Assembly (NCBI GenBank): GCA_034226945.1
Contig: CP120461.1
Coordinates: forward strand, 930,001 to 992,118
Reading direction: 5' to 3'
DNA length: 62,118 nt
Source of the DNA: Picochlorum sp. SENEW3
Taxonomy: Eukaryota
Below are positions 36,401 to 50,800 of this stretch, in pieces. Under the pieces are notes generated by a model. That model saw nothing but the letters and a program-made list of their open reading frames with translations, was not told where the DNA came from and searched no databases. Each line of letters starts with the position of its first letter. The stretch's first letter is position 1. A program made the translations under genes and the position numbers.

Positions 36401-39400
36401 GGGTTTCAAAAGAGCTGTGCCCACCAATGCTGAAATTTATTATACCAGCAATGTCCTTGTGGATGAATGTGAAGGCGGGAGACACGAGACAGTTCCCGAG
36501 AAATACTACCCTCTAAGCCTCCATAATGCGAATTATTTCGTGCCGCTGTCTATTTATGAGTGCCGAGACAGTTTCTTGGTCAGTCTTGGCTTTCTGCAGC
36601 AGTCCATGTCATATGAAAAGTCCACCGGGAGAATAGGAAATCCACTGATATGCGCGAATGACTTCCCACTGGTTTGGAAACGGCAAGATACTACACTTGC
36701 CAAATTCTGCTATGCTGTCAGTCGTTCTTTTGAAAGAGAGACTTTCAATGGAAAGTTTGCTTTTGCGGGGAGCAAGGGGAGGACAAGAGGTGTTGATAAT
36801 GCAATCTCTCTCAGGAGCACTCAGCCTGAAGAGGACAATAATGCTAGGCATTCACGCTCCAACAGAAAACTAGTACATTGCATCTCACAGATGGATCATC
36901 ATTATGGATATTTGATGCATCAAAGAAAGACGATGCCCTCTCCTTGGATGCTTTCTGGCGGCACCGGTGGGTTGGGCTGGCTTCTAACAACATTATGTGC
37001 TGTGGACCACTCCCATGTCGTCTGCATGAGTAAAAGTGGTGTTCTAAAACAAGCAAGAATATCGGATATTGATTCGATCAAAAGTGATTCGGCAATTTCC
37101 ATCGAGAGGTTCGTGCATGTGAAGAGCTGAGTGAAATCGATTTTTTGCTGTCGTTTCCTGAAGATGCATCGTGCTGTGAATGCAGGGGGGAAGTGAGTTC
37201 CCACGAGGACGTTGGTCAGATTGTCAACGATGCCACCTATAAGATGAGGACTTGTCGCTTCGTTCATGCAGGAGGAATCTTGCATGACTCGAGCCATAGA
37301 AATGTGTCCCTCGAAACATTTCGGAACATGTTTGCCCCAAAGGTGTCCGGGATCCATTGCATAACAAAGAGCTTGTTGATACATTCCAATCTCCAAAATC
37401 TGATAGCCTTCAGCTCTATCGCTGCATTGCTACACCCTTCTGGCAGTTCAATATATGGAGGTATCAATACAATAATGGATACCCTAACATCGCGGTTGCC
37501 TGCGACAGGTATGCCCGCTGTTTCTATCCAGTGGGGTCCCTGGAGCTCGGTAGGCATGGTTGCAAAATCGTCCAAAGTCAGCAGCGCAATGAAAGCATTC
37601 GGAATTTCAATGTTGTCGGCAGAACAAGGGCTATGGGCATTTTCTACTTTACTGTCAACGAAGTCGAGTCCTTCACTGATCGTAGTTGTGCCCTTCGATG
37701 AAAGGCAGTCAAGTTGTGGTGCTACGCTGCAAGAGGTGATTCTCAGCAGAGCCTCCTCCAGGAGGCACCGTCAGATGAGTGGACCCCAGATCAGCAATGC
37801 TGATGCCAACTCCCTTGCGCCCAGAGTCCAATCGCTATTGTCCGCAATAATTGGTAACAGAATTGACAGCCAAATGGAATCTCTCATTAAGTACGGCGCA
37901 GATTCTCTCTGTGCCATCGAGATTCAGCAACAGCTGTCTGACGAATTCCGAATAGACCTGCCCCCCTCATTTCTATACGACTTTCCCACAGTTCACTCTA
38001 TGAGTACGGCAATCCAGGCAATGTTATCAGACAAAGAAGCTTATTGCTTGACAGCAGAGTTGAAAAGTGACTTAGACGGGCAGAAACATCAAGGTCCTCT
38101 TGGCATCAAAGAACTTGCCTCTCGTGAGCCTGATGGACTTTCGGGAGACCGCTTTGATGTTGAATGCACAAAAAGTGCAAACTTCTTTCGATGGGATGTA
38201 GATGAACTTGCAGACAATGTTCCAGAAGCGAGGTTTGGAAAATTCCTCTCACATATTGACATATTTGATTCGGGGGTTTTTGGAATATCGACTTTGGAAG
38301 CAAACCTTATGGACCCACAGCAGAGAATTCTTCTCGAGGTGCGTTGATCATAGTATCCAGCAATGTACATACATTTTGTTAAACTAAACTATACACACAC
38401 GCCTCCAGGATTCCTTAGCGCTGCGCTGTAGTTGTACCGAGGCACAAGATCAGGCCGTTGGAGTTGTCGTCGGTCTGTCGTTCTGGGACTACTCAAATCT
38501 GTCTGAAAAGCATACTCAGTCTATTGGAGATGCTCTGAAACTGACAGGAAGAAATTTCAGCGTATCCTCAGGCAGGATAAGTTTCGTTCACGGTTACTCC
38601 GGTCCTTCCATGGCAGTTGATACAGCTTGCTCATCGAGCATTGTAGCAGTCAGCATTGCCTCACATCTGTTAACGAGGGAGCCATTACGGTCCGTGATCG
38701 TTGGTTCGGCTCTTATTTCACTTTCTATTGACGTTATGAGATTTCTCGCTTCGGCGTCCATGATTTCTGCTGACGGGAGATGCCGAACCCTTGATGAGGG
38801 AGCTGCTGGATATGGCAGAGGAGAAGCCAGCGTGTGCATGCTCATTACGCGCTCCCCAGATGGTCCAACTGCCATTTGTGCAGTGACTGTAAATCAGGAT
38901 GGGCACTCTGCTTCGCTGACTGCGCCCCATGGGCCTTCCCAAATTCAAGTCATTCGGCAAGCGTGTGCAAATGCTGAAATTTCCCCGGTAGATGTGGAGG
39001 TGCATGAACTCCACGGCACAGGCACCCCATTAGGGGATCCTATAGAGCTTCTCGGTGTTTCTAAAGCTCAGGAAGAAGCATCAAATGGTATGGCATCGTT
39101 TTTGTCCATCTCTACTTCCAAGACAGCCCATGGACACTCGGAACCAGCAGCAGGGTGCATAGGGATTCATTGGATTCTGAGGCAGCTTGAAAAGAAGATT
39201 ATGGCCCCAAACATCCATTTAATAGAGGTTAGTAAGCATATAGCATCTGCGCTCCTTGCAAGTAAGAGGCCCATGTATCCTGCGAGGGAATGCCACCCTA
39301 TCGGATTACATGAACAAAGAGCCTTCGCTTCTTTGAGCTCGTTCGCATTTCAAGGGACAAATGCACACGCAATCTTACAGTATGATACTTCGAGGGATAC

Positions 39401-42400
39401 CCAGTTTCGGGTAGATGCATTGAGATGTATGGCAGCGTATCACGGGCATGTCTCTTGGTACTGTTCAACCGTACATCCTCTGATGCATCCAATCTGCCCT
39501 ACCTTCCCAGACCAAGACATCTCATGGAGCGTTGGGTACAAGCAGAACTTTATTGCTCGGATGAAAGATCATAAAGTCTTTTCAGCGAGCCTATTACCAG
39601 GAATGTGCGTTTTCGCAATCATGTCTGATGCGGCACAGTTGTGCCTTGCTGGAAGGGCTGATTACCAACACCTTCTCAGGAGTGCAAATATTGGGACGCC
39701 TGTGCATCTTGACGACGCACATAGCCTTGTGGCAAAAGTGTCGCTTTCTACAGGCAAGGCCACGTTATGTGTGGATAACGGAAACTGCAGCAGGCCCAAC
39801 GCAATGTGTGGGATATGGTGTCTTTCTAGCCAGGGGCAAGGGCCCGTCAGCATGGACCCACGCCCACTGGTGCTGAACACTCATGCGAAACCACATACCA
39901 GTGCGCCTTCGATTGGTTTTCTTGCGCATGCTGTCGATCAAAAGGTCGAGATGGCAAATGTGCCTTCTCCTGAATTGCTTGATGGCTCAACTCATCTTGC
40001 CGCCTTCTCTGAAACTATGAAAGGGAGGGCTGTCTCTGTACCCGTCTCGTCTGAATGCTTGAGCATCGCATTTACTAGCCTCCATACTTCTAAAATAGTC
40101 CGATTTCAGGGTTTTGCAGTTTGCGATGATGCACGTGCAAATGAGAGGCTGAGAGACTACTTTGTCCATCTGCCAGGGACAAAATATACGTATATCAAGT
40201 CGCTGTACTCGGCATCGATCAAACGAGAGAGATCTTTGGAGGCTAACTTTTATTTTTTAAATGTAGATCACATCAATAATACTAGAAAAGCTCGTGAACT
40301 GTCTGATATCAGGCACCGCAAACGAGCAGTGCACAAGTTGCTAACATTGCAGGGGAGCATCACTTTTTCCTCTGCTAGGAGCCATAAAAATCCTCTTTTG
40401 GAGTACTCGACGCTAATAGAGTTTGTACGTACCCAGAATGGGAGATCATTCAGTTATCTGGCGCCCAAACTGTTGGGCGTGAGTTCGAGCTCAAGAAATA
40501 GCGGACAGCTTCAAGCGGCGAACACAGAAATAGGTTGTAAAGCAGACATCATAGAGCTCGATACCAGCGCCTGTAGACTGCACACTGTCGACTCCTGGAA
40601 AGAGGTACCGATTCCCTATAGTCCGAATGAAAATACGTTCGGGCCATCGAAAAACTACAGGAGCCTGGCAGCGGGTATCGCTGCGGTTTCAGGGGGAACT
40701 GACGGCATAGGCCTCCTCCTGGGACAGTGGCTCGCATCAGGCGAGGTCGAAACGCAATCATCCATCGCACTAGTTGGACGAACCCCGTTTCTCCCCACCT
40801 CGTTTCCTCAATCCTTTTCGCGCAACATTCCGGTGACGATAACGCAGCATGACTGCGCAACTGAGACGGGGGACCGATGGCATGGAAAAACTGTGCAGGG
40901 CTTGCACTGTTGGCATTCGTGCAAACATCTTTCATGGAGCTGGCGTTATCCTGGATCAAACGATTACTTCCACGACTTTTGGATCTTCGTTAAAAGTCTT
41001 TGCACCAAAATATTGGGGCATCAAACGGACAGCAGCACGCGCAGTGTCCTGTTTGGCTGTAGGAAGCATCGTCTCTTTGTCTTCCATGTCAATCACGATA
41101 GGAAATCCAGGACAGACTAATTACATCGCTGCAAATTCAGCAATGGAAACTGTTTCACAGGATATTGCGTCCACAGGCATAGATTCTCGAATCATTCGAT
41201 ATGGCCCATGGAAAAGTGTAGGCATGCTTGCAAAAAAGGAGAGTATCCTAAAGAGCTGAGCAAACTTGGATTACTACCTCTCTCTCCTTCGCAAGGTTTG
41301 GCTGCAACAGAGACATTTATCCGATCTTCGCATTTATTTTCTACACTAGCTCATATTAACTGGGAGACAAGCAATCGTGGTGATCCATTCGACAATGAAA
41401 GGTGCAACTTGGATTCTGAGGGCTGCCAGCATTCTGAAACCATCGATCAGTTGTCAGATACTCGGGATTCGTACGATCATGTTCGATCAATCATTCTTGA
41501 CATTCTCGCGGATGTCCTGGACGAGGTACCCTCCACTGATGATGATCCTTTCTTTGAGGTACGTAACTTGCTTGTATTTCACCAGACAAATGATATGAGG
41601 AGACATGCACCTTGTCCTGCAGATTGGTATTGATTCAATATCATCGATAGAAATTCATAGAAGATTGAATAAGAAGCTACAGAAAGATTTACCACCCACC
41701 ATCCTATTCGATTATCCAACGGTGTCAAGGCTCGCAAACGCTCTCTGTGGGCATCTGGAGATCCGTGTATCACATATCCTTCATGTGGATAATGGGAAAG
41801 AGAAGGACCGCAAGGTATCCATTTGCGGCACATCTCAAATCCTTCCAAACATAGGCCTGAAGCTGATTGAGGAATTTGTTAATTTGGTGCCTTCATCCAC
41901 GGATCTCCATAGTGTGCTCCCAAAGGACAGGTGGGATTTTGAGCGACACTTTTCGCTGTCAACGGGTGGCACGACAGCGTACACGAGTATTGGTGCATTC
42001 GTCCCCAATATATGGGCATTTGACCAAGACTTTTATGGATTAAAAACTAATGAAGCCAGACAAACAGATCCTCAACTGAGATCTCTGCTGCATACTACAG
42101 CAAATGCTATTCACTATTCTGGAATAACGGATCGCCTCCGAGATACAACTTATGGAGTCTTTGTTGGGTGCATGTTCTACGACTATTTGAGGATTATCCA
42201 AGGTGCTGCCTCGGGAATCGATGCAGCATCTATCATTGGTAACGGGGCGCCCTACTTGTGTGGGAGGATTGCCTATACATTCGACATGCAAGGCCCTTGT
42301 GCAGGCATTGATACGGCCTGTTCAAGCAGCCTGGTCGCTGTCGACAGCGCGTATCACGCAATATTGAACAGGCAAGTACGCCATTCTGTGGCTTGCGGAA

Positions 42401-44605
42401 CAAATGTTATCATCTGTCCAGGCACAACAGCGATGGTCTGTCAACTCGGAGCCCTGTCCAGATATGGACGATGCCTGAGCCTCGATGCAACTGCAGATGG
42501 ATATGGGCGCGGAGAGGGGATAGTGTCTCTTAATTTATCGGCAGACCATAATGAGAACACTCTGGCTTCCATCAGAGCAACTGCAGTCAACCAAGATGGA
42601 AGGAGTATTTCAATGACTGCCCCAAACGGACCAAGCCAAGAGGCTCTTCTCCGCTCATGCTTATCCAAGGGGGGGCTCACGAGTGATGACCTTGATCAGG
42701 TCGTAATTCATGGAACCGGTACCTTGTTGGGAGATCCAATTGAGTCTCAGGCACTACATAATCTTTTACAGGGACCAAGTGTCTCCCCGACCCACATAGC
42801 AGCTGTCAAGGCGCTTCTGGGGCACTGCGAAGGTGCTGCAGGGACAGTTGGTGTTCTGCTTTCTGTGTATACTGCATGCAGAAAGTCAACCCCATCGATC
42901 CAAACGCTGCGCTCGATGAACCCGCTAGTTCAGAACACCCTTAAGAGTGGGAAACTTGTACCAAGCCGCGAGCACGCGCCAGAACGTGCGACAATAGCCG
43001 GCGAGACTGTCTCTGGAAGCAGCTCATTTGGGATGAGTGGTACGAATGCGCATGCAATACTTTCAGGCACGCAGGTCTTCACGCCGGGTCGGCAACACGA
43101 GACGCTGTTAAAGGATCGCATGTATTCTTTTAGACTTTTTGTTTCGGAGTCCCTCGAGTTCCTCGGACATGAGGTGCAACATGCGTTGGATCTGTTTGAG
43201 TATAACGCGTCAAGCTCTACTGTGCAAGTCATGATGAATCATCAGATCACAGGTAAAACACTGCTTTTGTACCACCGCTTGATGGTATTTTCCTTTCCAT
43301 TCCGCTCAATATTTAGTTGCAAAACATTTTGGTTGTGCAGGCCGTAGTATAATCCCAGCATCTTTACAGATATATATTTGCTTTCAAACTTTGCTGCAGA
43401 CAACGACCACAAAATCCGAGTGGGGTATGAATACTTTTATCTTCTATAGGCCTTGTCTGATGAGCAATAATCTTCGATTGCTCGTACGTCACGATTTTGC
43501 TGAAGGCTCTCTTGCGATTCTGGACCGTGCAACCAGTGGTTTGGAATTCTCGTCGTCCCGGGTAGAATCTTTGTGCTGCCGCACGGGATGGACATCCGGG
43601 GCATCCCGCTCGAGCCTCCAAAGCCACGTGATGCAAAACTTTCTCTCTGCAAAAATTACGGAGCAATGTGTTGCGCTGATCTCGGCGGGTGGGCGGCACG
43701 TTGCTCCCATTCTTGATGCCTCGTTCCACCTAGGTGCAATTCATCAGACTGATTGCAGAATACCAGTATCATGCGGATCAATCCATTTCGGTGCCGATCC
43801 ATCATTCAATATGACTAAAAGTAACTTTTTTTCGAGTGCTGAAAGCTCAATAGAGTACCGAGACCAGAGTATGTACCATGGCCTTGCAAGGAGGGAGCAT
43901 TTCAAATCCAGGCAAATGAAAGTAAAACGCACACAGGGTGATCTGATGCACCAAGAATCCATCTGGCAATCCACTCCTGGATTCAAAGTTTTGCAACCAG
44001 GAGCCAGAATAAAGCAGACAATCGCGCCATTCTATCAGGCGAGCGATCCCGAACCACTTCGATTGGTTTCAACAAGTTTGGAGATGCTGTATGGAGGCAT
44101 CGCGACAAAGGAGGATGATTCCGTCTTTCTCTCCTATCAATATCCCTCCAATGATAGACAGTTTATAAGTCAATATCCACTGGGAGCTTGCTTACAACGA
44201 GTTTACAATTCCGAAGCTAACCAAGGGCTGGTGCAGCCCTTGAGCGGAGAGATGACCTCAAGACAATTCGTGCCGTTCGACAATGTCCCTGTCCAGTCAT
44301 CGCTGCAATACCCCATATCAAATCAGACTGCTAAGACTCCCGGGACACAAGGCGGAACCATTTTATCCTCATTAGGAGGTATTGGCATTCTTCTAGCTCA
44401 ATATTTTGCCACAATGGGCTCTGACATTCGTTCTTGCTCCCGACATGGCGTGACTGGCTCGTTACCATTGAGCAAAGGAATAGAAATCACTAAAGCAGAT
44501 GTATCGCATGCTGAGGATGTCCAGTTTCTGCTGTGCGATGCCACGCTCGGGTATGGGATCATGCACACCTCAGGATGTCTGCGTGATGGATTGATTCGCA
44601 GTATG
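33439..44605 (+). CDS. Multi-exon modular type I polyketide synthase without a recognisable AT domain: ACP-KS-(?)-KR-ACP-KS-DH-KR-ACP-KS-DH-KR(truncated); 3' end lost, possibly a pseudogene
   Basis: Three KS with DTACSSS/HGTGT/GH triads; ACPs GLDSL, GADSL, GIDSI; KRs GGTGGLG, GGTDGIG, SSLGGIG; DH motifs HKVFSASLLPG and HQITG|RSIIP; about 8 GT-AG introns; start codon tentative. Confidence 0.9.
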
Positions 44606-44829
44606 GACTTCCGAGTGGGTCCGTCGCATCTCGCACGCGGGCCGCGGGGGCCCGGCCGAGGCGGTCGCGCTCCTCCGGTCCGACCGGGCCTCCGACCGGG
44701 CCACTCGATCCACTTCAGAGGACGCGGCGGACGATTAGGGCAATGGCCCCTCGCGAGCTCGTTAGGGTATTTTCGGCGGTCGGGGGCCCCCAACGCCGCC
44801 TGGCCGGCCGTGTTTCCGCCTCCCCGCCA

Positions 44830-47800
44830 TCCTCGCCGCATTTCGGGATATATGCGGTCCCTGTGGAGGGGCGGGACGGGGTCCAGCAGGCGATGGCGAG
44901 GCTGCAGCTCTGCACAAAGTTTTTCTCCAGTCGCACACGTCCCACAGTCGAGTGCCCTGCAGCGCCCGTGAGGTCCTGTAGGGTCCTCCTTGGCCTCCTC
45001 GCCGCATTTCGAGACATACAGGATACCTATGGAGGGGATGGATGGGGTCTATCACGCGATGGCGAGGCTGCAGCTCTGCACAAAGTTTTCAATTCGCACA
45101 TGTCCCGAGGTGGAGTGGCATCCAGGCGTTGTGAGGTCCTTCTCGACATCCTCGCCGCATTTCGAGGCATGTACGATACCTATGGAGGGGATGGATGGGA
45201 TCTATCACGCGATGGCGAGGCTGCAGCTCTGCGCAAAGTGTTCAATGTGCACATGTCCCGAGGTGGAGTGGCATCCAGGCGTTGTGAGGTCCTTCTCGAC
45301 ATCCTCGCCGCATTTTGAGGCATGTACGATACCTATGGAGGGGATGGATGGGGTCTATCACGCGATGGCGAGGCTGCAGCTCTGCACAAAGTTTTCAATG
45401 CGCACATGTCCCGAGGTGTGGTGGCATCCAGGCGTTGTGAGGTCCTTCTTGGCATCCTCGCCGCATTTCGAGGCATGTACGATACCTATGGAGGGGATGG
45501 ATGGGGTCTATCACGCGATGGCGAGGCTGCAGCTCTGCACAAAGTTTTCAATTCGCACATGTCCCGAGGTGTGGTGGCATCCAGGCGTTGTGAGGTCCTT
45601 CTTGGCATCCTCGCCGCATTTCGAGGCATGTACGATACCTATGGAGGGGATGGATGGGGTCTATCACGCGATGGCGAGGCTGCAGCTCTGCGCAAAGTGT
45701 TCAATTCGCACATGTCTCGAGGTGGAGTGGCATCCAGGCGTTGTGAGGTCCTTCTCGACATCCTCGCCGCATTTCGAGACATGTACGGTACCTATGGAGG
45801 GGATGGATGGGGTCTATCACGCGATGGCGAGGCTGCACCTCTGCGCAAAGTGTTCAATTCGCACATGTCCCGAGGTGGAGTGGCATCCAGGCGTTGTGAG
45901 GTCCTTCTCGACATCCTCGCCGCATTTCGAGACATGTACGATACCTATGGAGGGGATGGATGGGGTCTATCACGCGATGGCGAGGCTGCACCTCTGCGCA
46001 AAGTGTTCAATCTGGCACATGTCCCGAGGTGGAGTGGCATCCAGGCGTTGTGAGGTCCTTCTCGACGTCCTCGCCGCATTTTGAGACATTGCCGATACCT
46101 ATGGAGGGGATGGATGGGGTCTATCACGCGATGGCGAGCCTGCACCTCTGCACAAAGTGTTCAATCTGCACACATGTCCCGAGGTGTGGTGGCATCCAGG
46201 CGTTGTGAGGTCCTTCTCGACGTCCTCGCCGCATTTCGAGACATGTACGATACCTATGGAGGGGATGGATGGGGTCTATCACGCGATGGCGAGCCTGCAG
46301 CTCTGCACAAAGTGTTCAATTCGCACATGTCCCGAGGTGGAGTGGCATCCAGGCGTTGTGAGGTCCTTCTCGACATCCTCGCCGCATTTCGAGACATGTA
46401 CGATACCTATGGAGGGGATGGATGGGGTCTATCACGCGATGGCGAGGCTGCAGCTCTGCACAAAGTGTTCAATTCGCACATGTCCCGAGGTGGAGTGGCA
46501 TCCAGGCGTTGTGAGGTCCTTCTCGACATCCTCGCCGCATTTCGAGACATGTACGATACCTATGGAGGGGATGGATGGGGTCTATCACGCGATGGCGAGG
46601 CTGCAGCTCTGCACAAAGTGTTCAATTCGCACATGTCCCGAGGTGGAGTGGCATCCAGGCGTTGTGAGGTCCTTCTCGACGTCCTCGCCGCATTTTGAGA
46701 CATTGCCGATACCTATGGAGGGGATGGATGGGGTCTATCACGCGATGGCGAGGCTGCAGCTCTGCACAAAGTGTTCAATTCGCACATGTCCCGAGGTGTG
46801 GTGGCATCCAGGCGTTGTGAGGTCCTTCTCGACGTCCTCGCCGCATTTCGAGACATGTACGATACCTATGGAGGGGATGGATGGGGTCTATCACGCGATG
46901 GCGAGCCTGCAGCTCTGCACAAAGTGTTCAATCTGCACATGTCCCGAGGTGGAGTGGCATCCAGGCGTTGTGAGGTCCTTCTCGACGTCCTCGCCGCATT
47001 TCGAGACATGTACGATACCTATGGAGGGGATGGATGGGGTCTATCACGCGATGGCGAGCCTGCAGCTCTGCACAAAGTGTTCAATTCTGCACATGTCCCG
47101 AGGTGTGGTGGCATCCAGGCGTTGTGAGGTCCTTCTCGACGTCCTCGCCGCATTTCGAGACATGTACGATACCTATGGAGGGGATGGATGGGGTCTATCA
47201 CGCGATGGCGAGCCTGCACCTCTGCACAAAGTGTTCAATTCTGCACATGTCCCGAGGTGTGGTGGCATCCAGGCGTTGTGAGGTCCTTCTCGACGTCCTC
47301 GCCGCATTTCGAGACATGTACGATACCTATGGAGGGGATGGATGGGGTCTATCACGCGATGGCGAGGCTGCAGCTCTGCACAAAGTGTTCAATCTCGCAC
47401 ATGTCCCGAGGTGGAGTGGCATCCAGGCGTTGTGAGGTCCTTCTTGGCATCCTCGCCGCATTTCGAGACATGTACGATACCTATGGAGGGGATGGATGGG
47501 GTCTATCACGCGATGGCGAGGCTGCACCTCTGCGCAAAGTGTTCAATTCTGCACATGTCCCGAGGTGGAGTGGCATCCAGGCGTTGTGAGGTCCTTCTCG
47601 ACGTCCTCGCCGCATTTCGAGACATGTACGATACCTATGGAGGGGATGGATGGGGTCTATCACGCGATGGCGAGCCTGCAGCTCTGCACAAAGTGTTCAA
47701 TCTGCACATGTCCCGAGGTGGAGTGGCATCCAGGCGTTGTGAGGTCCTTCTCGACGTCCTCGCCGCATTTCGAGGCATGTACGGTACCTATGGAGGGGAT

Positions 47801-50800
47801 GGATGGGGTCTATCACGCGATGGCGAGGCTGCACCTCTGCGCAAAGTGTTCAATCTGGCACATGTCCCGAGGTGGAGTGGCATCCAGGCGTTGTGAGGTC
47901 CTTCTCGACATCCTCGCCGCATTTCGAGACATGTACGATACCTATGGAGGGGATGGATGGGGTCTATCACGCGATGGCGAGGCTGCAGCTCTGCACAAAG
48001 TGTTCAATTCGCACATGTCCCGAGGTGGAGTGGCATCCAGGCGTTGTGAGGTCCTTCTTGGCATCCTCGCCGCATTTCGAGACATGTACGATACCTATGG
48101 AGGGGATGGATGGGGTCTATCACGCGATGGCGAGGCTGCACCTCTGCACAAAGTGTTCAATTCGCACATGTCCCGAGGTGTGGTGGCATCCCGGCGTTGT
48201 GAGGTCCTTCTCGACGTCCTCGCCGCATTTCGAGACATGTACGATACCTATGGAGGGGATGGATGGGGTCTATCACGCGATGGCGAGGCTGCACCTCTGC
48301 ACAAAGTGTTCAATTCGCACATGTCCCGAGGTGGAGTGGCATCCAGGCGTTGTGAGGTCCTTCTCGACATCCTCGCCGCATTTCGAGACATGTACGATAC
48401 CTATGGAGGGGATGGATGGGGTCTATCACGCGATGGCGAGGCTGCACCTCTGCACAAAGTGTTCAATTCGCACATGTCCCAAGGTGGCGTGTCATCCAGG
48501 CGTTGTGAGGTCCTTCTCGACATCCTCGCCGCATTTCGAGACATGTACGATACCTATGGAGGGGATGGATGGGATCTACCACGGGATGGCGAGGCTGCAG
48601 TTCTGCACAAAGTGTTCAATTCGCACATGTCCCGAGGTGGAGTGGCATCCAGGCGTTGTGAGGTCCTTCTTGGCATCCTCGCCGCATTTCGAGACATGTA
48701 CGATACCTATGGAGGGGATGGATGGGGTCTATCACGCGATGGCGAGGCTGCACCTCTGCGCAAAGTGTTCAATTCGCACATGTCCCGAGGTGTGGTGGCA
48801 TCCAGGCGTTGTGAGGTCCTTCTCGACGTCCTCGCCGCATTTCGAGACATTGCCGATACCTATGGAGGGGATGGATGGGGTCTATCACGCGATGGCGAGG
48901 CTGCACCTCTGCACAAAGTGTTCAATTCGCACATGTCCCGAGGTGGAGTGGCATCCGGGCGTTGTGAGGTCCTTCTCGACATCCTCGCCGCATTTCGAGA
49001 CATGTACGATACCTATGGAGGGGATGGATGGGGTCTATCACGCGATGGCGAGCCTGCAGCTCTGCACAAAGTGTTCAATCTGGCACATGTCCCGAGGTGG
49101 AGTGGCATCCAGGCGTTGTGAGGTCCTTCTCGACGTCCTCGCCGCATTTCGAGACATGTACGATACCTATGGAGGGGATGGATGGGGTCTATCACGCGAT
49201 GGCGAGGCTGCACCTCTGCACAAAGTGTTCAATTCGCACATGTCCCGAGGTGTGGTGGCATCCCGGCGTTGTGAGGTCCTTCTCGACGTCCTCGCCGCAT
49301 TTCGAGACATGTACGATACCTATGGAGGGGATGGATGGGGTCTATCACGCGATGGCGAGGCTGCACCTCTGCACAAAGTGTTCAATTCGCACATGTCCCG
49401 AGGTGGAGTGGCATCCAGGCGTTGTGAGGTCCTTCTCGACATCCTCGCCGCATTTCGAGACATGTACGATACCTATGGAGGGGATGGATGGGGTCTATCA
49501 CGCGATGGCGAGGCTGCACCTCTGCACAAAGTGTTCAATTCGCACATGTCCCGAGGTGGAGTGGCATCCGGGCGTTGTGAGGTCCTTCTCGACGTCCTCG
49601 CCGCATTTCGAGACATGTACGATACCTATGGAGGGGATGGATGGGGTCTATCACGCGATGGCGAGGCTGCAGCTCTGCGCAAAGTGTTCAATTCTGCACA
49701 TGTCCCGAGGTGTGGTGGCATCCAGGCGTTGTGAGGTCCTTCTCGACGTCCTCGCCGCATTTCGAGACATGTACGATACCTATGGAGGGGATGGATGGGG
49801 TCTATCACGCGATGGCGAGCCTGCAGCTCTGCACAAAGTGTTCAATTCGCACATGTCTCGAGGTGGCGTGTCATCCAGGCGTTGTGAGGTCATTCTCGAC
49901 GTCCTCGCCGCATTTCGAGACATGTACGATACCTATGGAGGGGATGGATGGGGTCTATCACGCGATGGCGAGCCTGCAGCTCTGCACAAAGTGTTCAATC
50001 TGGCACATGTCCCGAGGTGTGGTGGCATCCAGGCGTTGTGAGGTCCTTCTCGACGTCCTCGCCGCATTTCGAGACATGTACGATACCTATGGAGGGGATG
50101 GATGGGGTCTATCACGCGATGGCGAGGCTGCAGCTCTGCACAAAGTGTTCAATCTGCACATGTCCCGAGGTGTGGTGGCATCCAGGCGTTGTGAGGTCCT
50201 TCTCGACGTCCTCGCCGCATTTCGAGACATTGCCGATACCTATGGAGGGGATGGATGGGGTCTATCACGCGATGGCGAGCCTGCACCTCTGCACAAAGTG
50301 TTCAATTCGCACATGTCCCGAGGTGTGGTGGCATCCAGGCGTTGTGAGGTCCTTCTCGACGTCCTCGCCGCATTTCGAGACATGTACGATACCTATGGAG
50401 GGGATGGATGGGGTCTATCACGCGATGGCGAGCCTGCAGCTCTGCACAAAGTGTTCAATTCGCACATGTCCCGAGGTGGAGTGGCATCCAGGCGTTGTGA
50501 GGTCCTTCTCGACGTCCTCGCCGCATTTCGAGGCATGTACGGTACCTATGGAGGGGATGGATGGGGTCTATCACGCGATGGCGAGGCTGCACCTCTGCGC
50601 AAAGTGTTCAATCTGCACATGTCCCGAGGTGGAGTGGCATCCAGGCGTTGTGAGGTCCTTCTCGACATCCTCGCCGCATTTCGAGACATTGCCGATACCT
50701 ATGGAGGGGATGGATGGGGTCTATCACGCGATGGCGAGGCTGCACCTCTGCACAAAGTGTTCAATTCGCACATGTCCCGAGGTGTGGTGGCATCCAGGCG

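Noticed and set aside
44606..44971. Arg/Pro/Gly-rich C-terminus of ORF 43391-44971 as real PKS sequence
   Set aside because: It is read-through into the GC-rich block and has no KR similarity.
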